A DNA stretch of 64,000 nt from a virus. Below are positions 10,317 through 19,940 of the stretch, piece after piece. Below the pieces are notes generated by a model. That model saw only the letters and a program-made list of their open reading frames with translations. It made no database searches and was not told the DNA's origin. Position numbers and translations under genes: made by a program. The stretch's first letter is position 1, and each line of letters starts with the position of its first letter. Where the stretch lies: IMG/VR virus record IMGVR_UViG_3300028920_000006, positions 7,843 through 71,842 of that record; one strand, 5' to 3'.

Positions 10317-10631
10317 TTACTCTTTTGGCAGGTACTCCTCAAGCAACTCCTTCAGCTTTTCAGCCGCGTCAGGATTCCCTTCAATGACACTGCTGATTGC
10401 CGCCGCAGGAGGAGACTCCACTATCAATACTGCATTGTCGTATATGATAGCGAGTTCCTCCTCGCTGACTTCCATATCCTCTTCCGCAGCGAGCTCCAAC
10501 CCCTTCTGAATGAATGCCGCCTTCGTCTGGGGATTATCGGTAATCCCACTCATCGTGCTACATCCAGCAACGGATATAGCAACAATCAGAATTATTGCAA
10601 TCATCCAGAGCATGTCTGTTAATGTCTTCAT
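10317..10631 (-). CDS. putative lipoprotein
   Basis: Hydrophobic signal ending in lipobox VAGC; AGGAGGT RBS. Confidence 0.65.
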   Translation of the reverse strand: MKTLTDMLWMIAIILIVAISVAGCSTMSGITDNPQTKAAFIQKGLELAAEEDMEVSEEELAIIYDNAVLIVESPPAAAISSVIEGNPDAAEKLKELLEEYLPKE

Positions 10632-10635
10632 ATTA

Positions 10636-12081
10636 TCACCTCCTTTCAGTTTGGTCTGTTGTTAAGTCTATACCTTCCTCAGCCCATCTACCTTCCCATT
10701 CGGATGGGTTGTACTTGTAGATCAAGTTCCCTTCGGTGTCCTTGCCCACAGGAAGCATCTTACCAGCATAGAAGTTCCGCGGGTTGCCTCCACTGTTAAG
10801 ATTGTTCCACTGCTCCCTGAGTATATGCCGCAACGTAATGACGGCCCTTTCCCCTGTAGTTCTCCCTATGACACCGACGTGTTCATTCCCCAGCCTGGGA
10901 TCGTCCAGGTATGTAGAATCCTCAGAGAAAATTTGACTGAAGTAGAATTTCATACGCTTGCCGGTTTTGGCATAACGACGTCTGGCTTCTACCAAGAAGT
11001 TTGAAGTCTGGTTTTTATTCCAGTTCAATAGACCGGGGTTCAACCCCGTGTGAGGTAGAGCACAACAGTTCCCACTCATGGACAATTCTTTGAAGTCTTG
11101 GTCATAGTTCGTAAACAGAATCCCATTTTTCTTACAGAACAGGTACAGGCGTTTAGAATGTTCTTCCTTCAGGAGTCGGTTGGCTCGTAAGTATGCTCCG
11201 CGTTGAGGGTAAGAAAGAGCTTTGTAGTGTGCCAACAGGTTCTTTACCCCAATCAGTCTGCCTATATGATCCCACCTGAGCTTCGCATTGCCGGAAGCCC
11301 TTATGTCCACACATAGATATCCAACGGTCAAGCCTCTTATCTTGGCTTCAGCAAGCCTTTCCAACATGTTATCTATCCCAATATCACTGATCCCTATTAT
11401 ATACGGGCGCAGACGTGCTATGGTCCAATATCCCATGTCTCCCAGCATCGCAAGGGTTTCGATTCTCTGGGATGTCGTGGGGGCTCCTATTTCTACTTGT
11501 CGTGCCAGCTTGTCGTCTGGGATTGTGACTGTACCTTGGAACGCAAAATTACCTTGTTTGGCATACCTTTCAAAGACTTTGCGGTACTCCTTGTCCATGA
11601 TCGTTCTGCCTTTGAAACAGAAGACACAAGGGTAATTCATTTCTCCTAGAGCCTCTATGAATCGCAATCCGAACTTGTTCTGCTTTTCAAACCCGCAGAA
11701 AGGGTCCGTAAGTGTACCCCAATGGAGAGGGAACTTCTTACTGTAGAAATGTTCGTACATAGCATCATCATATCTAGAATTGGATTCCCCCTTAATGGCC
11801 TTCATCTGCTTGTCCACGTCAATACCCTGCAGACCTATATCCTTCCCTCTCCATGTAGGGTTCGACATCTTAGATATGTGGGAAAAACAATAGCAGCAGG
11901 ACATCGCACACATATTGTAGCTATCGAAAGCAAGAGGCATGGCACATTCCATCAACAGTGTAGGGATGTGTGCTCCCTTGTATCCTTTCTTGGCCCGTTG
12001 CCCTTTTACTCGCTTCAACCAATAGAAAGAATCCTTAATTACGTCTTGTCCTGGTCCGCTTCTTTTTCTTTTCCTTTTCAT
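10636..12081 (-). CDS. radical SAM protein, spore photoproduct lyase-like
   Basis: DSYNMCAMSCCYCF (CxxxCxxC), TDPF, E.GAPT...R, RLRPYIIG. Confidence 0.8.
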   Translation of the reverse strand: MKRKRKRSGPGQDVIKDSFYWLKRVKGQRAKKGYKGAHIPTLLMECAMPLAFDSYNMCAMSCCYCFSHISKMSNPTWRGKDIGLQGIDVDKQMKAIKGESNSRYDDAMYEHFYSKKFPLHWGTLTDPFCGFEKQNKFGLRFIEALGEMNYPCVFCFKGRTIMDKEYRKVFERYAKQGNFAFQGTVTIPDDKLARQVEIGAPTTSQRIETLAMLGDMGYWTIARLRPYIIGISDIGIDNMLERLAEAKIRGLTVGYLCVDIRASGNAKLRWDHIGRLIGVKNLLAHYKALSYPQRGAYLRANRLLKEEHSKRLYLFCKKNGILFTNYDQDFKELSMSGNCCALPHTGLNPGLLNWNKNQTSNFLVEARRRYAKTGKRMKFYFSQIFSEDSTYLDDPRLGNEHVGVIGRTTGERAVITLRHILREQWNNLNSGGNPRNFYAGKMLPVGKDTEGNLIYKYNPSEWEGRWAEEGIDLTTDQTERR

Positions 12082-12851
12082 ATATACTCCAGTATCCCTC
12101 CTTTGTCAGATTTACTTAAAAAGTCTTTCACTGCTTTTTTGTTGTTCTTATCTAAAACTCTTAGTGCTGCTATCTCACAATACTTTTCCTCGATCTCGAT
12201 GCCGATTGCCTTGCGGCCAAGGTCTTTCGCAGCGCGCAGCGTCGTGCCGCTGCCCATGAAGGGGTCGAGGATAGTGTGCAATTTACCGCCCTTGTGATCC
12301 GCCACGCCAATACACCAAGAAATAACCTCTGTTGGCTTTTGTGTCGGGTGTACACGTGGCTCCTTGCGCCGTCCCGGTTCCTGCAGCATACCGTTCCATC
12401 GGTATTTCACCCGGCGTACCGCCCCAGGCAGGTTGGTCCAAGCTAATTCGCAATCGGCAAAGTCCCCAGTATTATCTTTGTCCCACACTAGCCAGCACGA
12501 CGACGCGGGAACGGGATAATAATTGCCGCCGAAACAAATAGCATGCGCCCCAAGCGTTAATAGTTCCCAAAGCAACCCCCACTCGACCGCCTGTTTATCC
12601 CATTCGTTCGGCCCGTAATCAGTTGCTGCGGCCAGTTTTGTCCGCGAGAGTTGCCGCCGCTGATCGCCAGCGTTAATTCCATACGGCGGATCCGTCAGCA
12701 CCAGATCCACCTTCGGCAAGTCCGGCAGTATCTCGCGGCAATCTCCGTGGTAGATTGTTACCAGTTTGTCTTCGTAGTATGGCTTAGGAAGAGTTCCTTT
12801 TTGTCCGCTTCCTTTTCTTGATGAAGAGTACTTTGTCCTTTTCCTTGTCAT
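12078..12851 (-). CDS. DNA N6-adenine/N4-cytosine methyltransferase (beta class)
   Basis: TDPPY, HPTQKP, LDPFMGSGTT, IGIEIEEKY. Confidence 0.92.
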   Translation of the reverse strand: MTRKRTKYSSSRKGSGQKGTLPKPYYEDKLVTIYHGDCREILPDLPKVDLVLTDPPYGINAGDQRRQLSRTKLAAATDYGPNEWDKQAVEWGLLWELLTLGAHAICFGGNYYPVPASSCWLVWDKDNTGDFADCELAWTNLPGAVRRVKYRWNGMLQEPGRRKEPRVHPTQKPTEVISWCIGVADHKGGKLHTILDPFMGSGTTLRAAKDLGRKAIGIEIEEKYCEIAALRVLDKNNKKAVKDFLSKSDKGGILEYI

Positions 12852-13182
12852 ATCTGATCTTCCCACGTTTGAACTCCCGTAGGATTGCCATGAACGGTCT
12901 TATGTTGGAAACAGAACGGTTTGCTTGATGACTCACATTAAACACTTCTTCAAACATTTTAATGGAATCATCATCAGGGAATACAAGCGTCACTGATCTA
13001 CCACTGGCGGGATGTCTGGCTTCGTACTCAGCTTCTTCCCCTGTATAAGTCGGTAAAGATTCCGGCTTGAGCAGAGTACGTTCCAACTTCCGTATCTCGG
13101 CTTGTGACTTGCACTTCTTCTTAAGCCGATGGAACTTGACCACCCTGCTTTCGGTGTCAACAAAGTCACTGATGCCCATCAC
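12784..13182 (-). CDS. hypothetical protein
   Basis: 132 aa ORF directly after clamp gene. Confidence 0.55.
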   Translation of the reverse strand: MMGISDFVDTESRVVKFHRLKKKCKSQAEIRKLERTLLKPESLPTYTGEEAEYEARHPASGRSVTLVFPDDDSIKMFEEVFNVSHQANRSVSNIRPFMAILREFKRGKIRYDKEKDKVLFIKKRKRTKRNSS

Positions 13183-13183
13183 C

Positions 13184-13885
13184 TTACTCCGCGATAGGCG
13201 TCAGCGCCCAGATGTTCTTCTTGTTCAGCCGCAGTATCACAGGCTTGTTCTCACCCACGTACACGGCGGGGAGTTCGTTCTGTAACTGCAAGCAGGTCTG
13301 GAGTATCTGCAACAGGAAGTCACCGTTGACTTCTACAGACACATCAGTGTCCAGCTTTCCCAGCTTGATACGGAACTGCTCTTGGTCGCTGGACTTGCTC
13401 TTAAGGTACAGAACACCCTTGGAAGTTTCAAACACAACTCCCTTACTCTTAACCAATCCCATGTAGTATACGAAGTCCTGCATGGCGTCAGAACTTATAC
13501 CCACGTTCACTCCCTTGTGCTTCAGGAGCTTGTCCTTGGCCTTTGTATCACTGACTGCGGTGGGTACTTGATCCACTTCCAGCAGGAGAGAACGTAGCCG
13601 TCCATGTCCCTTTCTTGTTATGGTAAGCCAGTCACCCTTTACCGTGATCGTGACTTCATCTTCACCTGCGTCGGCAAGTACTTTGCAGATAGTGGGGAGG
13701 TTGCCTATCCCAAGTGTTATATCTTCCATGTCTTTGATCTTCCTGCTCAAAGACAAAAAGACGGTGTTGGACATGTCTATTGCGTCAACACATCCAACAC
13801 CGTCCTTGACTACCAGTACACATTCGCGGAGCAGACCATTCAAATGCACCCCGCGCAGAAGATCTCCCAATGCCTTTGTATCCAT
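13184..13885 (-). CDS. PCNA/gp45-like sliding clamp
   Basis: 233 aa two-domain size; ECVLVVKDG..VDAIDMSNTVFLSL resembles PCNA N-terminus; clamp loader present. Confidence 0.6.
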   Translation of the reverse strand: MDTKALGDLLRGVHLNGLLRECVLVVKDGVGCVDAIDMSNTVFLSLSRKIKDMEDITLGIGNLPTICKVLADAGEDEVTITVKGDWLTITRKGHGRLRSLLLEVDQVPTAVSDTKAKDKLLKHKGVNVGISSDAMQDFVYYMGLVKSKGVVFETSKGVLYLKSKSSDQEQFRIKLGKLDTDVSVEVNGDFLLQILQTCLQLQNELPAVYVGENKPVILRLNKKNIWALTPIAE

Positions 13886-13899
13886 GACTATCTCCTAAA

Positions 13900-13940
13900 T
13901 CAAAAGAGGATGGGGAACCCCGCGTGCACGGGGTTCCCCA
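13900..13940 (-). terminator. GC-rich hairpin, probable terminator or processing site
   Basis: 12-bp stem TGGGGAACCCCG/CGGGGTTCCCCA (13911-13940) followed by TCCTCTTTTG on minus strand. Confidence 0.55.
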
Positions 13941-13957
13941 GACGAGTTTAGACGGTG

Positions 13958-15033
<1,076 letters not shown>

Positions 15034-15034
<1 letters not shown>

Positions 15035-15213
15035 TATGATACCTTCTTTCCTTTGATGATTGCGATGTTAGTGACATTGAATGCTTTTAGTTCTTCCACC
15101 CTCCTTTTCATGTTCTTCTTGTTGTACGGCCCGTCGAGCACCGTATCCATTGTTCTTCTTCCAGGGACCACGATCCAGTAACCCCTGTCTGCCACTGCCA
15201 GTTCCTCGTCCAT
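15034..15213 (-). CDS. hypothetical protein (59 aa, below ORF track cutoff)
   Basis: MDEELAVADRGYWIVVPG...; AAGGAG RBS; TAATG overlap with next gene. Confidence 0.55.
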
Positions 15214-15263
15214 GTCTTCTCTCCTTCTTGGTTATGTGATTCCAGTTAGTTCCGTACCCGAAG

Positions 15264-15272
15264 TATTATACG
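15264..15272 (-). promoter_or_regulatory. CGTATAATA -10-like motif (copy 2)
   Basis: Exact repeat of 3311-3319 at a gene boundary. Confidence 0.45.
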
Positions 15273-15445
15273 TTAGTAACCTCCTTTCGCTTGTGGATTT
15301 TCTGGGTGCCGTGGCAAACACAGCACAATGTCAACAGATTGGCCATTGCACAGTTAGTCTTGTCTCCATCCTTATGATGAACATGAAACCTCCTCTGTCC
15401 CCGAACCCATTTACAACCGCAGATTTGACAAGTAGTGTAAAGCAT
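15266..15445 (-). CDS. minimal HNH endonuclease (59 aa, below ORF track cutoff)
   Basis: MLYTTCQICG...HVHHKDGDKTNCAMANLLTLCCVCH, manual translation. Confidence 0.7.
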   Translation of the reverse strand: MLYTTCQICGCKWVRGQRRFHVHHKDGDKTNCAMANLLTLCCVCHGTQKIHKRKEVTNV

Positions 15446-15452
15446 TATTCTA

Positions 15453-16994
15453 TCACCAATACGAAGCTATTAGTGGTCTACCCACTTGCAGACACTGGAG
15501 TATTTTTACTGTCCTCCTAGGATCAAATTCTTCTTCCCTAGCCAAGACAGCGTTTACTCTGAACAGCCCCGCCGCTTTCTCCTCGTCGGTTTGGTTCAGG
15601 CCAAACATTACAGTGACATGTCCATACTTGCGTTTATCTTCTGAAAAGTGTTTGCGTTGCATCAGTGTGGCTTCATAGGAAGCAGCGTCCGTCTGTGTGG
15701 CACTGATTACCAGACAGTGACGTTCCTGACTTAGACGCCGCAAAGCCTTCCAAGTGTTGTTCTGCTGATCCCTTATGTCCTTGCGTTCGTCCCCCGGTTC
15801 CGGGGCAAGGATATCTGCATAGTCAACAGTTATGACATCCGGCACAAACCCTTCGTAGATTTCCCACCTGTCTAGTATTGCGGTGATGTCCTGTACATTT
15901 ACAGAACCATTGGGGTGAACAGATAGTCTGAAGTCCCCGGCTACGTTCCGCATGAACCGTCTGCCCTTTTTGTAACCCTCCCGCCATGGTAGAGGCTCCA
16001 CAGGCTTCCGTATTTTGTACCACACTGCTCCGCGAAACTTATAGCGTAGCCTAGCTTTGTTACTTTCATGACACACTGTGCAAGGTCTGTATCCTCTGGG
16101 TGCATCCTCAAACCGTTCCACCCCTTGTAAGTCCCGTGTACACTTCCGCGCCGATCTACTGCATGACCCTTGTTGGTTGCGCTCACAGTCCAATACAGGT
16201 ACAAGAATCTCCCCACAATATCTCAGCCGGTTACTTCTACCCGCAAGACGAATGTGGGTTCTCACTGTCATTTGTGGTCCTGACATATCACCCACTTGAA
16301 ACTCAGCTACGTTACACTCGCTCGGCATCGCCCTGTGACCTAGTTCGTGTATCATCCACGTCTTACCAATTTTTTCCTTCCCCATAAATCCCACAAGCCC
16401 TTCACGCACAAAGAACTCATTCATCAATTGACCCGCCGCTCCCGGCAATGAGAACAATGGTTCTTCGTTCTGTTCAAAAGCATGGCGTATACGAGCTACA
16501 TCCGTGTATGGGTTAAACCCGTCCGTAGTGGGACGTTCAACTCTCTTGTAGTTGACAAGGGCTTGCTCTGCCCGCTTTGCATCCCCCTTGGTTAGTGCTG
16601 CTTCTATATCTTCAGATAAATGTTTCAGGCTAGTAGATTTGAATGTTTCTTCTGCTTTGTCCAGTATGAGACTAGCGTTGAACTTCTTTGCACGTTCGTA
16701 CTCACCAGATAGCCCTTCCAGGAAATCACCTATCAATTCTACATTGGCATTGTCAGGATGCTTTCTGGTCCATGAATTGTAGATGTCCTGTATATGGAGG
16801 CGGGGAGGCTTTTTGTATCTGCGGTAATAGTCCAGACACCACTGAGCCACTTGTGGTCCAAAAGGGATTTGCAAGAACTCTGGTTTGTAGATGGGTTCAA
16901 TCTCACGGCATACTCTACCGGACACAATCATGCCGGTGAGTATCTGACGCTCATCAGCATTGTCTATGCGTTTCCTCTTAACCTTAGCCATCAC
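15453..16994 (-). CDS. dnaB: DnaB-like replicative helicase with Cys-rich insertion
   Basis: GKEKIGKT, ITVDYADIL, ISATQT, FSEDKRK. Confidence 0.8.
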   Translation of the reverse strand: MMAKVKRKRIDNADERQILTGMIVSGRVCREIEPIYKPEFLQIPFGPQVAQWCLDYYRRYKKPPRLHIQDIYNSWTRKHPDNANVELIGDFLEGLSGEYERAKKFNASLILDKAEETFKSTSLKHLSEDIEAALTKGDAKRAEQALVNYKRVERPTTDGFNPYTDVARIRHAFEQNEEPLFSLPGAAGQLMNEFFVREGLVGFMGKEKIGKTWMIHELGHRAMPSECNVAEFQVGDMSGPQMTVRTHIRLAGRSNRLRYCGEILVPVLDCERNQQGSCSRSARKCTRDLQGVERFEDAPRGYRPCTVCHESNKARLRYKFRGAVWYKIRKPVEPLPWREGYKKGRRFMRNVAGDFRLSVHPNGSVNVQDITAILDRWEIYEGFVPDVITVDYADILAPEPGDERKDIRDQQNNTWKALRRLSQERHCLVISATQTDAASYEATLMQRKHFSEDKRKYGHVTVMFGLNQTDEEKAAGLFRVNAVLAREEEFDPRRTVKILQCLQVGRPLIASYW

Positions 16995-17344
16995 ATTCTC
17001 CTTTGCGACCCGATGTTGATGCCTAGATTCGATTCCGTGTGGTCCTCAGGCTGGTTGTCCAATTCGTCTTCCCATCTGCGCTGGTACAACCACGTTCTGG
17101 GATGGGGTATGTACCTGAGTTTCGCTTTATCTTCCTTGTCCCATTCGTTGTGCTCCGCGTGCTTCTCTACGATACGGCATAAGATATTGATGGGAGGTAG
17201 TACCGAATAGATACGAGGCCAGAGAATGACACAAGCCTGTTTACCCACCTTCCGCGGGTATGTCTTCCAGAACTTATCGAAGTCCTCCTGCATCTTGTTT
17301 CGCAGGTCCAATGTCTTGCTGAACTTGGTTCGCCTCCTTTTCAT
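16991..17344 (-). CDS. replication initiator / helicase-loader-like C-terminal domain protein
   Basis: FDKFWKTYPRKVGKQA and YIPHPRTWL.QRRWEDE motifs; GAGGAGG RBS. Confidence 0.65.
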   Translation of the reverse strand: MKRRRTKFSKTLDLRNKMQEDFDKFWKTYPRKVGKQACVILWPRIYSVLPPINILCRIVEKHAEHNEWDKEDKAKLRYIPHPRTWLYQRRWEDELDNQPEDHTESNLGINIGSQRRM

Positions 17345-17629
17345 TGTGCCTCCTCTATCCAAAAATATATCCAAAAATTTGCCTCATATATAATACATCA
17401 GAATATGAGGGGTGAATATTCACAGGGGAGATAATAATAGTACCCTTTAGGGTACTACTATTATTATCCCCCTTGTGGGATGAATTTTTACGCCGAATTC
17501 GACAAGATGTTGGGTTCCTTAACAAAACAACAAAAAGACCTTCCCATAAGACCCCGACTGGTAGGTAGACCCAGAGCACAGGGGGTCATTGCCGGCGACC
17601 ATAATGGTTGTGTCCATTGCTTACTCCTC
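17345..17629. promoter_or_regulatory. AT-rich intergenic region with long imperfect inverted repeat; candidate origin or control region
   Basis: Hairpin 17421-17477, palindrome GTGAATATTCAC 17412-17423, ATCCAAAAAT twice. Confidence 0.35.
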
Positions 17630-18022
17630 CTACTTTGTTTCAGTCAACAAGTACACAGTCTTTTTCTTTGCCTTACCCATCCACTTGATGAACGTCTTGC
17701 ACTTCTGCAATACACGATCAGATTCTGTATCACCGAATGTCATTTTGGTGACAGGGTCTACAAAGTTCCATTCACCATACCCATAGGGATCATCATATGG
17801 TTCAAGTACATACTTGATCAGTACCAGCATTTCGTTAGACCCCGGGACGTAGTGGGAATACATTGTGATCCTGATATACTTGTCTTCTTCATCAAGTGAC
17901 ACACCCAATGCTCCAGACAATTGATCAGAACACAAGTGGCTACACTCCCGGAACTTCTTGTTTGTGAATCTGTAGTAGTTACGTCCAGCCCTCTCCATCC
18001 AACCAGTCGTTGCCAGTTTCAT
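17630..18022 (-). CDS. hypothetical protein
   Basis: 130 aa, ATGA overlap. Confidence 0.55.
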   Translation of the reverse strand: MKLATTGWMERAGRNYYRFTNKKFRECSHLCSDQLSGALGVSLDEEDKYIRITMYSHYVPGSNEMLVLIKYVLEPYDDPYGYGEWNFVDPVTKMTFGDTESDRVLQKCKTFIKWMGKAKKKTVYLLTETK

Positions 18023-18354
18023 TCTCCTTCCTCTTCATGTTGTATGATCAATGTAGCCCCTTCTCCAAGGACACTACAGACCAAGTTGACTTCCTGGTAT
18101 CCCGCGACCTCCGCCATCGGATCTAGTGAGGTCACAACATTTTCACCTATATCCATGACGAATATTTGTGATGCTGGTCTTGGTTCCCCTCCAATAACCA
18201 CAATCCCGACTCTGATATAAGGACCTGTGTTACCCAAGGATTCGTCCGGCCGGTCTTGGCGGGGGAATATCTCCCCCAAGAACCCCTGTCCGAATGGTAG
18301 GTCCTTTACTTTCCTTGTCCCGTTTGTTCCCTTACCACCATACTTGACTTCCAT
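18019..18354 (-). CDS. hypothetical protein
   Basis: 111 aa, AGGAGG RBS. Confidence 0.6.
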   Translation of the reverse strand: MEVKYGGKGTNGTRKVKDLPFGQGFLGEIFPRQDRPDESLGNTGPYIRVGIVVIGGEPRPASQIFVMDIGENVVTSLDPMAEVAGYQEVNLVCSVLGEGATLIIQHEEEGE

Positions 18355-18369
18355 AGTCCGCCTCCTGTG

Positions 18370-18378
18370 TATTATACG
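18370..18378 (-). promoter_or_regulatory. CGTATAATA -10-like motif (copy 3)
   Basis: Exact repeat, intergenic, directly upstream of AGGAGG RBS. Confidence 0.5.
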
Positions 18379-18396
18379 CTCCCGCTGACCTTTGCC

Positions 18397-19299
18397 TTAT
18401 GATAACAGTTCCTTCACCAATGCCTTCGCTTCCTTTGCCGGAAGATCTGCTGGATCTGCGCAGTCCTCCAGTTGTACCACTTCTACCTCCTTCCCTAGTG
18501 CCGCCATGTAGTGAGCCATCCTCTCTGCCTGTTTCTGTGCCTGAGGCTCTCTGTCAAACAACACGAACACCCCGTCGAATTGTTTCAACAGACTAACCTG
18601 CTCCTGTGTGAATATGATACCGAACGTCGCAACAGCCCCCGGTCCCAGACGCCAGACGTCTGTAATACCTTCCACGACTATGACCTTTGATCCCTTAGCT
18701 TGGTCCAGTCCATAGAGACAGTGTTTGTGATGCCTCACTTCATCTTCCATACGACATGCCTTGTAGCGGAGCCTCGCTTGGTCTGAGTAATCCCTGCCCT
18801 GATACGACACAAGTTTACCTCTGTGATGTATGGGAGCAATGATACGACAACGGTAGTCACCGACGCCGATAGTGCTCTTAAGACCCCATTGTTGGGCTAG
18901 GGTACTGGGTTTGTACCCCCTGCGGCGCAAATACCGCTTAGCAGGAGCCCCTAGATGGCCTGTACCGGACGGTAACTGTACAAGGCTAGGGTGTTGTACC
19001 CCTAATTCCGCGGAGGAATTGTAGGGCATTTTGCGCTCCCGCTTGTAATAGGGCAATAGTTCCCCTATTTCTTGCCGTTGGAACCCCGTTATCCCCTGTA
19101 ATATATCCATGAAGGGCATAGGACCACAAGCCCAACATCTGAAGTACGAATCCTCCAGTGACCAGCCAAGGTGAAGATTGTTGTACTGTTCACAAGAGGG
19201 ACAATGAGTTTGTACCCATCCTGGTGTACAATGCTTGTCCCCCTCTTCTACTGTTTCCACCCCGAAGTCTTCTGCGAACCTTATGAAGTCAAATGGCAT
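18397..19299 (-). CDS. dnaG: DNA primase (Zn finger plus TOPRIM)
   Basis: CPSC..H..CWAC, SYQGR, LYGLD, VVEGITD, LFD, DPAD. Confidence 0.88.
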   Translation of the reverse strand: MPFDFIRFAEDFGVETVEEGDKHCTPGWVQTHCPSCEQYNNLHLGWSLEDSYFRCWACGPMPFMDILQGITGFQRQEIGELLPYYKRERKMPYNSSAELGVQHPSLVQLPSGTGHLGAPAKRYLRRRGYKPSTLAQQWGLKSTIGVGDYRCRIIAPIHHRGKLVSYQGRDYSDQARLRYKACRMEDEVRHHKHCLYGLDQAKGSKVIVVEGITDVWRLGPGAVATFGIIFTQEQVSLLKQFDGVFVLFDREPQAQKQAERMAHYMAALGKEVEVVQLEDCADPADLPAKEAKALVKELLS

Positions 19300-19305
19300 T
19301 ATTAT

Positions 19306-19812
19306 CTAACTCCTCATGAACTTTGGCAGCATCTTGTGTGCCGGTTCCTGTTCTTGGCTCATGTAGCGTTCAGTCAGCAGATCATTGTCACGCCACTGAG
19401 TCCTCCTTGCTGCGGTCTTTTCTGCCTTAATAACAAAGACATAATCCCAGCCAGTCGCCACCATCTGATTCTTGTATGCATCTATTTGCTGTTGTGTGAC
19501 CAGAGGATGCAGGTTAAACAGATGCACGAATGTATCTATCATACTCTGCATTGTGGGCCTGGACCACTTTGTTCTTACCCTGTGACCGTTATCCTTCAAC
19601 GGGCGTTCCTCCCGGAGCCTTGACCACTTGAAGGTCTTGTGACAGTATCTACACTGTACTCGCCTTGTAACAAGTCTCTTCGACTTATTCCCGGGGACTA
19701 TGTCCATACGGCATAAGACTCCGTGACAGTATGGGCAGTACCCTATCAGCTTTCTTCTGGGGTTACTCTTTAAGAGAGTTTCGTCCTTACCTCGTGCTCG
19801 CCTCTTTGCCAT
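19306..19812 (-). CDS. hypothetical Zn-ribbon protein
   Basis: CPYC..CRYC. Confidence 0.55.
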   Translation of the reverse strand: MAKRRARGKDETLLKSNPRRKLIGYCPYCHGVLCRMDIVPGNKSKRLVTRRVQCRYCHKTFKWSRLREERPLKDNGHRVRTKWSRPTMQSMIDTFVHLFNLHPLVTQQQIDAYKNQMVATGWDYVFVIKAEKTAARRTQWRDNDLLTERYMSQEQEPAHKMLPKFMRS

Positions 19813-19940
19813 TGTGTGCTCCCATCAGTTTCCGTGCGTTATGAATGCCGCTATTCCCAGAAACACTATCATGAGGAAGAACCCCCACAGCATCTTTATG
19901 TCTGCTATGATCCCTGCCAGTATTACCAGTTCCATCTTAA

